Assembly: GCF_009914755.1 (NCBI RefSeq) | Contig: NC_060935.1 | Length of the DNA: 64,000 nt | Direction: 5' to 3' (one strand) | DNA from: the human T2T-CHM13v2.0 reference genome, Homo sapiens | Shown here: positions 1-12,614 of the stretch, piece after piece | How positions within the stretch are numbered: position 1 is the first letter of the stretch | Layout: every line of letters begins with the position of its first letter | Notes under the pieces: generated by a model | Database searches by the model: none | The model's input: only the letters and a program-made list of their open reading frames with translations | What the model was told of the DNA's origin: nothing | Made by a program: the position numbers and the translations under genes

Positions 1-900
1 TTATGGCTCTCCAACACACCAGATTTGCCCAATTCCTTAAAAGTCTGATTATTTTCACGATCACAACCAATGTTGATCCTAGTATGCCATTGTAAAAGCT
101 CCTTTATCAATCAAAATTTTATTTGTTCAAAAAGATAAGTCTTGCTTTCTCCAAATGATATCTCCCAAAGAAGATATTCTGTGGACCACATCTAAGGGAA
201 ATGTGTCTATATTAAACCTGACTTTTAACAGAAATAGGAAACATTTTGCATTTTTTGCTCCATGGTCATTCTTTGACTGAATAATGCAATTCATGCTGAG
301 AAATGTACTCTCAAGCTGTGTATCAGAGCTCCAGAATTCTGGAAAAAAATTGTATCTTTATCATTTTGATGACTGATCTTAATGATTCCAGTGTGCGATA
401 TTTTCTTCAGTAACCAAATGCTTAAACTTCATGTTCTGACATTAGCATAGAAAGCAAAGTGAGCTCAAATGTATCTCCAATCAGTTTGCCTTATATATGA
501 ATAGCTTTATCTTCTACCAATAAATAAAATTATCTTCCAGGATAAAGCCTGGGGTTAATCTTGAAGAATTCGAACTTGTGTAAGTAAATAGATTGTTTTT
601 GGAAAAGTATAGAAGTGGCCACCAAACAGATCATGGTTTATTCAGGAAAAAATAATTCTGTGGTTGTTACCTGTTCCACAAAATGCTCAACCACATCTTG
701 CTTTGCTTTTTCAGATTCAATTTTCTTTCCCACATCATTCCAAAATTGCAGCTAAATATAGTGCTTTTTAGACTTGCCAAGTTGTGACTCCCTAAAAGTT
801 AACTTGGAAATATCTGTCACAGATATTGACAGAGTGACCAAAGCAGACCTGTGACTTTATTTCAGGGAGAAGTGCCTGGCAGGAAAGCCAAGTGATGTTA
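1..900 (-). mobile_element. Highly degenerate non-LTR retrotransposon RT relic, RTE clade (L4/RTE-X-like)
   Basis: Manual minus-strand translation, allowing frameshifts and stops, gives RT-like motifs in the expected order and roughly expected spacing: AFLPGTS (~GFRPGRS), V*KALY (~DLKKAFD), GKLIGDTFELTLL/FYAN (~GIKIGG..NLLYADD, at 441-449), IKISHQ..K, and IIWRKQDLSF*TNKILI..GC (~RTE KIWR..ISLKTK..YGCE). Confidence 0.6.
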
Positions 901-1239
901 TATTTCAAAGGATTTAGGCAGGCTAGGGAAAAAATGCAGTATCTGAAAGAAAATATTACATTTATTACTTCCTAGTCTTTTAGAAGCTCCCATTATGGCA
1001 GTTGCAAACAAACAAATAAAATTACAATAAATTCAAGCAAGCAGTCACACAAATAATCCAAAAAAAGGAAATATGTTTATGTACTCTAGAAACTGAAAGC
1101 CCCAGGGTTGATTAGTAATGAAATGCCTGTGGAATTAAAATAACATCAGAAAGATTTTTTAGAATAATAAACTGTCAAAAGTAAACCGCCCTACTCAAGA
1201 TTCTGCTTGTTCCCGGCAAAGAGTTTCCAACACATTCTG

Positions 1240-1800
1240 GAACACGAGGAAAGTTCCTCATTTGCAAAAGTACAGCTAGCAGAATAGATAGAAGGAAGGC
1301 AGAAGACTTTATCTTTTCCTTCACCCTTCATTGTGGCCGTGATAAAAAGCTCCAGGGCCTCCTGTCCATGACCTTAGTCCTTTGGAGAAGGCTGGTGGGG
1401 GGAGTGCAGGCCAGGCTCAAGCTTGCCATTAGTCAGTGATCTGTGAATAGCTTTCGGTCCCTTAATGACGTGAGCGCAGGCTCCAAAGGGAGCGGGTGAC
1501 TCAGAGCGCAGGAGGCTCAGAGATTGCCTGAGCAGCCATTAGCACGTCATTGGTAATCCCAGCGACACCTTTCACATCCGCGGTATTTGTCTCCATGCTC
1601 TCCGCGGAAGGCTGCGAGAATGTTTTATTTAAGGGCTCTGGGCTGCCTTCTGCCTGACAGGATTGCTTGTCTGCAGGGCTTACTAACACTTGCAGATCTT
1701 CCAAGAGAAGAGGGGTGGGGGATGCGGAATTCCTAGTATAGTTACAGGCCATTTCCGTGAACGCAGACATTATGCCTCTGCACTTTGGAAATTGCATGGC
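1240..1800. promoter_or_regulatory. Candidate enhancer (GC/CpG-richer unique island with AP-1 and CRE/UPRE-like motifs)
   Basis: Local CpG retention; TGACTCA 1497-1503; TGACGTGA 1466-1473 and its inverse CACGTCATT 1543-1551; repeated GCCATTAG and GAGCGCAGG; kB-like GGAAAGTTCC 1248-1257. Confidence 0.5.
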
Positions 1801-1924
1801 AGATTAAAACTGTAGCCCTTGTCCTTTTACTTCATGACAGAAAGAAGCAAAGGAAAGGCTCAATCATTGCTGCGCAAAGTCTGCTTAATTCCATAAATAT
1901 CTATTAAACGTCTACTATGAAAGT

Positions 1925-2160
1925 AGTATAATATAAAATAGCGGTCAAGAGCACATCTTGTGGCATCTGATATAGCTGGATTTGAATGACAGTTCTGTTG
2001 CTATTTGTGTGACTTTAGGTGAGTTACTTAAAGTCTCTGAGCCCCGTTATCTGCAGAATGGATATAACAGTGACCTTCTCAAAGGATTGTTGCAAAGGTT
2101 AAATGATAACAATGTATATATGGCACTTGGCAAATAATAAGGACGTAAGTGACAGCTATT
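1925..2160 (+). mobile_element. MIR SINE
   Basis: MIR core 'tgtgtgactttaggtgagttacttaaagtctctgagcc' followed by 'ggattgttgcaaaggttaaatgata'. Confidence 0.8.
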
Positions 2161-2304
2161 TGATTTCTATGTACTGAGCACTGGGCTAGGCGCTGGGCTA
2201 CCGGGGCACATAGGACACAGTTCCTCCTTGAAGGAACTCACAGAGCAAGGAGAAGCAAACAAGGAAACAAACAATTGTAGTGTGGGGGTGATAAGTCTAT
2301 ATTA

Positions 2305-3410
2305 GCATAGTGGTTCTAAAATTTTAATGTACATTAGGATGACCTGGGGATCTTTTTAAAATGAAGATTTTATAAGGAACTTAATTAAGCAAAAAAAAAA
2401 AAGCTAGAGAGAAAGAAAGAGAATCATTAAAGAGTAGGCAAAAGACGTGAACAGGCCCTTCTCAAAAGAAGACATAGAAGCAGCTAACAAATATGTGAAA
2501 AAATGCTCAACATCACTAATCATCAGGGAAATGCAAATCAAAACTACAATGAGATACTATCTCACACCAGTCAGAATGGCTATTACTAAAAAGTTGAGAA
2601 ACAACAGATGCTGAGGCTGCTAAGAAATGGAAAGGCCACTGTTGGTGGGAATGTAAATTAGTTCAGCCACTGTGGAAAGCAGTTTGGAGCTTTCTCAAAG
2701 ACTTAAAACAGAACTACTATTTTGACCCAGAAATCCCATTATTGAGTATATATTCCAAAAATCATTCTACCAAAAAGACACATGCACTCATATGTTCATT
2801 GCAGCACTATTCACAATAGCAAACACACGGAATCAACCTAAGTGCCCATCAATGGTGGACTGGATAAAGAAAATATGGTACATATACAACATGGAATACT
2901 ATGCAGCCATAAAAAAGAACAAAATTGTGTCCTTTGCAGTAACATGGATGCAGCAGGAGGCCATTATCTTAAGTGAATTAACACAGGAATGGAAAACCAA
3001 ATACTGCATATTCTTACTCATAGGTGGGAGCTAAACTTTGATTACTCATGATATGAAATGAGAACAATGGACACTGGGGGCTTCTAGAAGGGAGGAGGCA
3101 GAAATGGTGGCAAGAGTTGAAAAATTAACCCTTGGTTACTATGCTTGGTCTCTGAGTGACGGGATCAATCATAATCTAAACCTCAGCATTCTGCAATATA
3201 CCCAGGTAACACACCTGCACATGTATCCCCCGCAACACCTCTGGAATCTAAAATAAAGGTTAAAACTATTAAAAGAAAAAAACAGAGAAGAAGATTTTGA
3301 TTCAGTAGGTATGGCAGGGGAAAGCTGAGAATCTGCATTTCTGTCAAGCACCCAGGTATTGATGAGGGATGCTGGTCCAAAGACAGTACTTTGAGGAGCA
3401 AGAACCTAGA
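2305..3410. mobile_element. MER5A-like hAT-Charlie MITE split by an L1 insertion
   Basis: 5' part 'tagtggttctaaaattttaatgtacattaggatgacctggg' at 2305-2371; 3' part 'gattcagtaggt...gaatctgcatttct..caagcacccagg...ctttgagg' at 3290-3410. Confidence 0.75.
2372..3289 (+). mobile_element. 5'-truncated L1 (L1PA15/16-like): ORF2 C-terminus and 3' UTR
   Basis: ORF 2792-3034 MFIAALFTIA..QPKCPS..WIKK.WYIY.MEYYAAIKK matches the L1 ORF2 C-terminus; 3' UTR 'gggatcaatc..aacctcagcat..aatctaaaataaa'; candidate TSD GAAGATTTT at 2363-2371 and 3290-3298. Confidence 0.92.
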
Positions 3411-4269
3411 GCAATGGATGTATAGGTACATGGAGAGCAAATAAAGGGGCAGCAAGTTCTGCTGTGTTCACCTTTGAGTTTCTGCCTTGTGGATGCTAAA
3501 CACTTTGCACCCTTTCTTCCAGTTCTTCTGTCTCCCTTCTAGCTGTCCAGGACCTCATTTGAATCCAACACCAAACACAAATGTATAATGCTAAGCAAAG
3601 GAAGGGACAGGGAAGCCAGGGACAACTTTGGAAAAAACAAATCTTGAGCTAGCTCTTCAAAGCTGTGATGGACATGCATGTTCACCTAGATAGGTGGGAG
3701 AAAAGAGCAGGAAAGTATGCCTTTACTGTCAAGTGCATAAAACTGTTGGTTTAACGTATTTTAAGAGCTAAGGAATATGCAACAGGAGTTAAATATAGTT
3801 ATTGAACATTTGCCACATTTATGAACTTCAAAAATGTTAAGAGAACATTTTTATTTTTTCCTTCTCACACGGGAGGCTTTGGAAATGTGTACAATTAGCA
3901 TGGATTATCAACCCCAGTGGGTGGGGAGTCCCATGTGCACCTCCCACGATTTCTTACGAGTGTAATTCCTGCAGGCAGCACCAAGCAAACACAGCTCTGG
4001 CTGCTTTCCTTTTGACAACTAAGGTTTCATTCCAAATCAAACCTAGAGGCAATGCTAGGGCTTAATTGTAGGCATTTCAGAGTTGGAATGGTTAGATTCG
4101 CACCCAGCCTGTATGCAAAACTACATTTGGGAAACTGACACTTTCTAGCATGGCTTTTCCATATTATCTGTATCTTTCCTTCCATTTGTCCACACCTCCA
4201 AGACTCTGCTCACTTGCATTGTCCTGCCTGGGGTACTCTCCCAGCTCTCCTTAACCAGTTGAATTTTAA

Positions 4270-4711
<442 letters not shown>

Positions 4712-4789
4712 TGTATTCTTTATACTACCTAATTCTGAGACATCTACATGGTAGGGGTCACAGCCTTAAACACTAATAGTGATTAGGGG

Positions 4790-5120
4790 CGTTTGCTTTG
4801 CAGTTGGTCTGTCCTGGGTTTGAATCCTAGCTCTGTGATTCGATAGCTGTCTAACCCTGAGAAATCACAATAGCAACAGCACAACCACACTAACAGTGTT
4901 AATCATGAATATTTCTTGAGTTCTTATGGTGTGCCAGGCCATTGTGCAAGTATTTTATGTATACTCTCTTATTCAATCATCGTAACGACCGTATGAGGTT
5001 GATGCTATTTTGCTTTGTCAAAGTCTTAATTTATTCATCTGTAAAATGAAGAGAGTAATTGCGATTTCAGTAATAGCCACCTTGTCTGTAAATAAGATGA
5101 TATATGCAAAAAATTTGTCA
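4790..5120. mobile_element. MIR fragments in both orientations
   Basis: 'ctgggtttgaatcctagctctg' and 'tcatctgtaaaatg' on +, enclosing minus-strand 'gtgccaggcc..caatcatcgtaacgaccgtatgaggt'. Confidence 0.7.
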
Positions 5121-5163
5121 GTGTGTTACATGAGTGATTATGCATATGTGGGCCTGTATGCAT

Positions 5164-5192
5164 ACACAAACACACAAAGACATCCTCACACA

Positions 5193-5266
<74 letters not shown>
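5164..5266. repeat. (CA)n/(TA)n microsatellite
   Basis: Long interrupted CA run followed by TA repeats. Confidence 0.97.
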
Positions 5267-5524
5267 GCTGAAACTATGTACTTGGGCAGCCCAAGCACTT
5301 CAAACTCATCTTGAAACACCAGCTGCTCTTCTTTTCTCCCCTATTTCAGTTATTCACATTACCACCCACCCACTCACTCAAGCCAGTAACCTAAGATGCA
5401 TCCTAGGTACAACTTGTTCCCATAGCACATACTATGGTGCCACACACTTTATCTAAAAACCTAAACACTTTATCATAAAAACCTTATGGGGTCTGTATCC
5501 TTATATTCACATTCTACATTTTGA

Positions 5525-5670
5525 TTAAACTTTAATACACAATCCTGTGAGGTGTGTACTTATTTTAGAGATGAGTAAACTGAGGCACAAAGTGAACAAG
5601 TAACTGGCATATGGTCTCCGCTTGGCCACAGTGCTATCCTAAGCCCCATTTCTAATTGATCACTATGTCC
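5525..5670 (-). mobile_element. MIR SINE fragment
   Basis: 'acaatcctgtgaggt..ttttagagatgagtaaactgaggcaca'. Confidence 0.75.
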
Positions 5671-6029
5671 TACTTACACTACTTTATAGATGGTTTTCTA
5701 ATCCATACCCTTTTTTTTTTCAATTCCCATTGCCATTTCTTAGAACTTTGCTACAATCACCTAATTGGTTTGTCTCTAATTTTTCACCCCTCCTAAATCA
5801 TCCTCCACCTGCTACAACATTGACCTTTCTAGGGTGCACAGTTATTATTAATCTCTAGTTTATCATCTTTCAATGGTCCTAATTTCTCTTAGAATCTAAG
5901 TCTGAGTTTTGGGTCCTCCATCATGTGGCATCTCATCTTTTGTCTCCTACTTTCCCTATTTGTTACTTTATAAGTGAATTGAATTACTTGCAGTTACCAG
6001 AATTTCCACTGTAGGCAGTATGGATAGAA

Positions 6030-6265
6030 AAATAATAATAATGAAGGAGCCAGGTAGTGTATTAGGTATTTATGTATGTTATGAACCTATTCAATCTTTG
6101 GAACAACCCTATGTGGTTTCTACTACTGTAATTACCATTTTACACACAAGGCACAAAGTGGCTTACAAACTGAGGCAAAGAAGATTAAGTAACTTGCCCA
6201 ATTTCACACAACTTAGATTTAAATCCAAGTAGTCTTGGCTCCAGAGTGTATGCTCTTTGCCAACA
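6030..6265 (-). mobile_element. MIR SINE
   Basis: 'aacaaccctatgtggt..aaactgaggcaaagaagattaagtaacttgccca'. Confidence 0.8.
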
Positions 6266-6339
6266 TGCTTGGAAAAGCAAGTAGGGTATGCTGATGAAGT
6301 GAGAATGTATTTAAAGAAAGACCAGCTCTCTACCCAATC

Positions 6340-6490
6340 AGGTGCCTAAGGAGGGCATAGTCTGGTCTACATCCTTGCAGGTCCAGAAATCTGATCTCAA
6401 TGCTATTCCTGCCCACATTCACAATGACCTGATTTATGAAGCCAGAATGCCAATTTACTAAGTTACAATGAGATCTACAACTCTCCGTTG
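6340..6490 (+). mobile_element. Possible CR1/L3 RT fragment
   Basis: Translates to HIHNDL.. and CQFTKLQ*DLQL, resembling CR1 IFINDL..ISKFADDTKL; weak match. Confidence 0.35.
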
Positions 6491-7149
6491 AACTAGATCG
6501 ACCATAGAAACACATCGTCCTTTTGTAAGTGCAGTATTAGAGGAGGATAAATAAGTATATAATTCTCATATGCTTTATGCTTCAAGCTCTGATAGCTTAC
6601 TTCATCCATCTGCACTACTAGAATATACCTTTGAGGTGGACAGGGTACTTTCGTTTGCCTAACAGCCTCCTCCCCTTACCACTCTGAGAGACAAGGCTTG
6701 GATGGGCACTGATCTATTACTACTACTGCCTTACTCATCTGTGGGAATATCCTATGATTATTTCTTGATCTATGTTCATACTCTTAATCTGGTTACAGAT
6801 ACAGGAGCCATTCTTTCTCTTAAGGTTTGTTTTGAATATCTTAACTCCAGTTCATAATGTGTGGATTTTATTGGTTAACGACTGGAGAACAGTTACATTT
6901 TCTTTTCTTTCAACAATGTTGATCACTTTTATAAACTGGATTCCTCCAAGTTTTCTCACAACTCTTTGCCTTGACATATACTAGTCACACTACTTGACTA
7001 ACTCTTTAATTCCAGGAAACAGTCTCCAATTTGGCTACGCCAGGTTGGGTAACCCACTTGAGTGTGTGCACTACCTTGCTATCTTCACAATTACATTTTT
7101 CATAATGTGTCTACTTATTTGTAGTTGCAATTATGTATGTAATGCCTGC

Positions 7150-7534
7150 ATTTTCTCTGTATATCTGGCTCAGAGTCTTCCATGAGATTGAAGTCAAGAT
7201 ATCAGCTGGGGCTATATTCTTCTAAAGGTTTCACTGGGTCTGAAAGATCTGCTTCCAGTGGATCTCACTCACATACCCAGCCAATTATTGCTGGTTGTTG
7301 GATGAAGGCCTAAATTTCTTGCTACATGCCTCCATCCTTAGGGCTACTTGAGTGTCCTCATGAAGCAGCAGCTGGCTTCCCCTGGAGTGAGTGATTCAAG
7401 GTAGCAAGAGAGAAGTGATGCAAACCATTGTTTCCACAATATGTTATTGGCTACACAGATAATTCCTATTCAGTCCGGGAGGGATTACACAAGGGTGTGA
7501 CTACCAGGAGGCCATTTTGGAGGCTAGCTACCAC
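7150..7534 (-). mobile_element. MLT1 (H/G-like) MaLR LTR
   Basis: 'ggctcagagtcttccatgagattgaagtcaagat..gggctacttgagtgtcctcatg..ggccattttggaggctagctaccaca'. Confidence 0.8.
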
Positions 7535-7635
7535 AGCCTATATACTTGCCTTTGTCTGTCTTGCTGATTACAAACAGGGAGCCCAGTGCTTGTTGAATAG
7601 TAGAAGCTCTATAAATAGTGACTGAAGCCAAAAGA

Positions 7636-7730
7636 TAAAGGAAGAAAGATAAAGAAGGAGGTGGGGGTGGGGGAAGAAGAGAGAGAAGAAAGGAGAGAAG
7701 AAAGGAAGAAGCGGAGAGAAAAGGAAAAAA
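7636..7730. repeat. Purine-rich (GA) low-complexity tract
   Basis: Nearly pure A/G sequence. Confidence 0.85.
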
Positions 7731-8419
7731 ATTATTTCTTCACCTGTGTCCCTGGCAGAATTATTGGCTGCTTAAGGATAGGGACTGGGATGTTCTTCAA
7801 AACATCACTTTAGCTGAATCAGTTTGCTCCTAGCTTAGCACACATTGGAATCTTAATGGACACCAGTTGATTGAATGACTGAATGAATGAGTGATGAGTA
7901 CATGAAAGAGTACTGAATTAAAGCAAATTTGTCTGTTTTCTGACTTTGAGCAAAAGCTCACTGAGGGCTAGAACTGGAGGATTTCCTTCTTTACCCTTGT
8001 TATGCCTATGATGGTACTGAGCTCACATTAAGCCCCTATAAATATCTTCATTGAATGAGTGTGTGAATAAATGAACAGGTCATAGAAATCCCTATCTAAT
8101 GAAGCTTTATACATATTTTATGTAATTTGTATAGTGTAGGAACATGGTATAGCAGCACAAAAGCCCAGTTTCTCCCCTTCCTCTTCATCTCTGTCTAAAC
8201 AGCAAAAGAGTGGCTGGTATGTTCATAGAATATGATTTTGTGGGAGGGGAAGGATGGTTGTCTCTGCTATTTGCAAAGTAAATGTGCTGCCCTTAAGGTA
8301 TCTACAAAAGGATTCTCAAATGTAAGCTTCTAAGTTCACTAGCATTATAAATTGAGATGCTTCTTTTAGTCCAGGCCTTTAAAGTTTACTTCCTGTAAAG
8401 GAAATGGTCGTTCTTTACT

Positions 8420-8630
8420 TTTGCATAGCACTGAATAGTTTACAGAATACTTTCATATTCATTTTTTCATTTAATCCTTAGAGTAACATTATGGGATGGG
8501 TAATATTATCCCTGATTTTTAAGTTTAAGGGCTGAATTTTTGCTAGGTTGTGATTGTCCAAGATCACATTATTTTGGATGCAGCAGAGCTAGAACGAGAA
8601 CAAAAGCCACTCTTCCAATTCTCAAAATTT
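8420..8630 (-). mobile_element. MIR-family SINE
   Basis: 'atagcactgaatagtttacagaatactttcatattcatt..ttaatcct..ccaagatcaca'. Confidence 0.7.
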
Positions 8631-8656
8631 CCCCCTTAACAGAAAAACCACAATAC

Positions 8657-8682
8657 GTGTGTGTGTGTGTGTGTGTGTGTGT
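8657..8682. repeat. (GT)n microsatellite
   Basis: Perfect GT run. Confidence 0.97.
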
Positions 8683-10159
8683 ATCATTTCTTTCCATATC
8701 CTGAAAACTCTCAGAAGTTTCCATTTTATTTAAAAAATGTGGTCCAATGTCATCCATAGCCTTGTTAAGGGAATGACTGAAACAGAAGACAATAGTAGTA
8801 AATCTAGAAATTAGGCAGTTCGTGTCAAAAAGGTCTGGGGACAAATGCAAATATCTCAGCAGGAAGGCAGAGGCTGTCTTTGGACAGAAACTGTTATAGG
8901 TAGGTGGGGGGTGAATTAAGATAGTCTGGTAGGAAACACTCTACCTCAAGACACTGATTCAAATATAAAACTCTTGCCCTGGTGTCTTGGGCATGTTTGT
9001 TGGAAAACAGAAAAAAGAAATAAATTCACACAACATAAGAACAAGGAAGTGCATTGCATAATTATAGGAAAATTGCCCATAAATAAAATGCTGGAATTAC
9101 GGCCAAGCCTCGAGAAACCTGGAAAACCATCAGCCTTCTCTTCTCTGTCCTTGCTCTGTTTCTGGATGCATATGGGAGCTCATCTTTTCTTCTCTTGAGA
9201 ATTTTTTTATCCCTTTTTCTTAAATTGATTGTTCCTATTTACTCAGTTATAGCAAATGGTTCGTATATATTCTAGTTGGCAGTCTCTGCTCCCCATGACG
9301 TTTCAACCTGGGTTTCTTCAAAGTGTCATAACCATTTAGTGTCCAGATACCAAAAAGCATAGAAGAGGAAATACGAATAGTTGGTCTTGGGCAAGTGTTT
9401 GCCTCTGGTCCAAGTTGCCATGATCAAGAAGAGAGACGACATGGTATGAATATCAGGAGTCCATGGCTGTAGGCTGTATGGTTCTCTAAGAAGAAAGTAT
9501 GGATGCTGAGAAAATGAATCGAACTTTTAGTTCATTGAAGACCTTATAAAACCAAAGCTAAGATGAGCAAAACCGGGATACAGTTGAAGAGCACTAGATG
9601 CAGGATTAAAGCATGATCATTAGCAGGAGGACTTAACATTGAACTTCTAAGCTACTTATCCAGAGATCCTTAAGATGGCTTTAAGTAGTGATAGAATTGT
9701 CCCTGGTCCAGCCTGTGGTACAATGGAACTGAGAGTAGGGGTGAGGAGTCTTAGCTAAAAAGACTGGAGTGCTTCAGGGGTAGAGAGTCAAGAAGATCAT
9801 TAGGCTTTTTGAAGCTAGGAGAGCCAATTCCTTATCTGGGTTAAAGCTTTTCTAAGACTAAAATTTTGGCTTTCTGGGTAGACCCAACAGGTAGGCCTGA
9901 CTGCCTCAATAAAAATAGCGACATTAAAATCCCCAGGCAGCTTATGGAGCTATACTTGTCATTGAGGAAGGCAGAAAACCAACATCTGATGACCAACTGC
10001 TATGGGCCAGGTAATTTTCCTACATTATTTAATTCTCCCATAGCAATCCTCTAAAGCAGTCATTAACATCACCCCTGTTTTACAGAGGAGGAAATGGATT
10101 AAGTAATAAACAAACAATACTCTGCTGCTCAAGCTGCCAGTCTAAGCCCTTTTTAGCTT

Positions 10160-10290
10160 CGCCTCTTCCTTCCCCATCTCTCTTCTTTTTTCTTTCTCTT
10201 CTTTCTTCCCTTTCCTTTTTTCTTCCCCTCCTCTCCTTTTCCTCCTTTTCTTCTTTTCCCTCCCCTTCCTTTTCCTTTCCATTCCATTTC
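10160..10290. repeat. Polypyrimidine low-complexity tract
   Basis: About 130 bp of almost only C/T; it gives rise to the spurious K/E/R-rich ORF 10080-10292. Confidence 0.9.
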
Positions 10291-11129
10291 ATTGCATTTT
10301 TTAAAGACTTTGAATCAGACTTTGTTTCTCAGTGCCTTTTTGGACTCCATATTTGCTACACTCTTTTAATTAATCAGATCTGCAAGTGTTTTGTTCCCTG
10401 CCATCACCTGCGCTGTTGATGGTAATGCTAGATCCAGAAATGCCTGTTCCTAGTTCCTGACTCTCCCTACTGAGCTGCCCATCCCAGGGCACTTGAGCAG
10501 CCTTTTTGGCCCAAGAGCCATTGTCCTGGGGGCTGCCCATTGCTGTTATCATCATAGTCACTATTTACCACTGTCATGTTATGGAGCCTCTTTTATTTTT
10601 TGGTAGTCAACAGTTAGCATTTCTTTTTCAAACTTGAAATGCCCAAAGCACTCCTCGTTATTAGCAAAAGGGTCTCAAGACTCACACTTTCACTCCAGTC
10701 AGATTTGGGTCCAAATGTGATTACAGTGAGAGCAATTGTGATGATAAATCTGGCCAGCTCCTCTGTAACTCAATCAGTTGGACACTAACAAAGGGAATTG
10801 GTAAGGGATTCAGGGAAGAGTCAGGACAGCAATTAAGGGTCTGGCCTTTAAAGACAATATTGGAAATATTTAAGCCTTTACATCTGGGTCTGGTGGCAGA
10901 GAAAAAAAGGTTATGATCCCAAAGAACATGCTGAAGAGTAATTTCTCCCGTGCTGTGGGAGCCTCTGTAAGACTGGGGTAGGATGCCACAATGGCTGTCT
11001 GTGGGTTTTCCCTTGCTCTCCCCTCTATCTCCTTTAAAAAATCATAACATCACGACAATATTATTACGTTGTTAGGAAAAGGAGACAATAAACTAGAGTT
11101 CCTTTCTTATTCTATACAACTCTTGCTCT

Positions 11130-12030
11130 CATATCCTCTGCTCCACCAGCATCTCTGTAACATAATGAAATGTAGATGTTTCAATCCTCATTCTATGTAA
11201 ACTTTCAACAACATTTGACACTCTTATCCACTTCCTTTTCGCCTTACTCTCCTGTTACTTTCCTCCTACTTCCTTGCCTATTTTTTTTTCTAGGGTCCTT
11301 TGGGTTATTCTCATCTTATATCTGACCTTCACATAGCTAGCATTTATGTAGCTCTTAATATGTATCAGGCACTTGTCAAACCACCCCATATACATTATCT
11401 CAGCAAATCCTCCTAACAGCCCATGAGAAGTCATCCCAGCTCTACAGATAAGGAAACTGAGACCCAAGAAAGTTATATAACTCTTAGAGCTGGGGATCTG
11501 ACCTTAGGAAATATAATTATGGCATCCTTGTTTTTGACAACTACACTAAACTGCTTCCGTTTATTGAAATTCCTCGTACTCTTATTCCTAAACCTTCTTA
11601 CCTTCTCAGTCTGTACTTCCTCTGCAGGTAGTTTTGGCAATTCCTGTGGCTTAAATTACCATCAAAAGGCTAATAACTCCCACAATTATATTGATAATCC
11701 TGACCTCTCTTCTCACCTCTAGATATTTATAATCAACCATTACTAGCCATTTCCATGGAATACCCAGCAGAGACTTCAAATAAAACATGTCCATAATTCT
11801 TAAGACTCATTGTACATCTCCTTCCCACCACTTGTCACAATTGCAGTTGAGTAATTACTTTCGTAATTATTTGCTTCTGTCTTCTGTGTTAGAATGGAAA
11901 CCTGATAAGAGCAGAAAACCTGTTTTGTTCATCTTGGTGGCCACAACTCCTATCACGGTGCCTGGCCTACTCTAGCTGCTCAAAACTCCTTTTTGGAATG
12001 AATGAGTAACTTTTTGAATGACTGAATAGG
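11130..12030 (+). mobile_element. L2 LINE fragments with a nested minus-strand MIR (~11330-11560)
   Basis: L2 motifs 'catttgacactcttatccacttcc', 'ataactcccacaattatatt..ccctgacctctct' and tail 'gaatgaatgagt'; MIR 'tacagataaggaaactgagaccca'. Confidence 0.7.
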
Positions 12031-12059
12031 AAATAAATTTTTAAAAGAAAAAAGTCCTA

Positions 12060-12500
12060 TTACACTTTTCATTTTAATATACAATTTTCTAATGTTAATC
12101 AATCCCTTGCATACATTTTGAATAAGTCATATTCATACTGAGTTACAACTTAGTATTCCCTTCTTTTCACCTAACATTAAATCTTTAAATAGTTTCCATA
12201 TGTATTTTATTATGCTAATATTGCATGTGTTAAATAACAGTTCTCTATACTGTTGGCAAAGATTTCCTCCCAACATTTAATTAATATAGGCATATTTGTA
12301 ATAAACGTTTTTATGCACACAGCTATGTTGTTCTTGTGAAATATTTTCTTAAAATAAATCCCTAGAAGTATTCCAAGTTTAAATGGCATGAACATTGTTA
12401 TATGTGCTGACATATATTATAAAATTACTATAAAAGATGGTTGCATTGACACCACTCGTAGCAATAGATGAGGGTTTGATCAGCATTGGCAACAGCATCT
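12060..12500 (-). mobile_element. Old L1M (L1ME-like) fragment
   Basis: 'ttttcttaaaataaatccctagaagtattccaagtttaaatggcatgaacatt'. Confidence 0.6.
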
Positions 12501-12614
12501 CAGTTGCTGAATGCAAACTTGGATGAATTGCAGAACAGCAGATGGAATGTTTTTTATGTACAAAAGGATCTTACTCCTGGCCCAATTATGTTATCTTTCT
12601 ACCTATCATTTAAA

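Noticed and set aside
1-900. piggyBac transposase relic (DNFYT-like 'GHFYT')
   Set aside because: Only isolated weak resemblances; the RT motif series fits order and spacing much better.
1501-1797. 98-aa minus-strand ORF in the GC-richer island
   Set aside because: No recognisable domain or splice structure; the length is compatible with chance in GC-richer DNA, and the region reads better as regulatory.
2792-3034. 80-aa ORF as a gene
   Set aside because: It is the C-terminus of a truncated L1 ORF2.
5010-5456. Longest ORF (148 aa, HT repeats)
   Set aside because: Open because it runs through a (CA)n microsatellite and MIR/L2 sequence.
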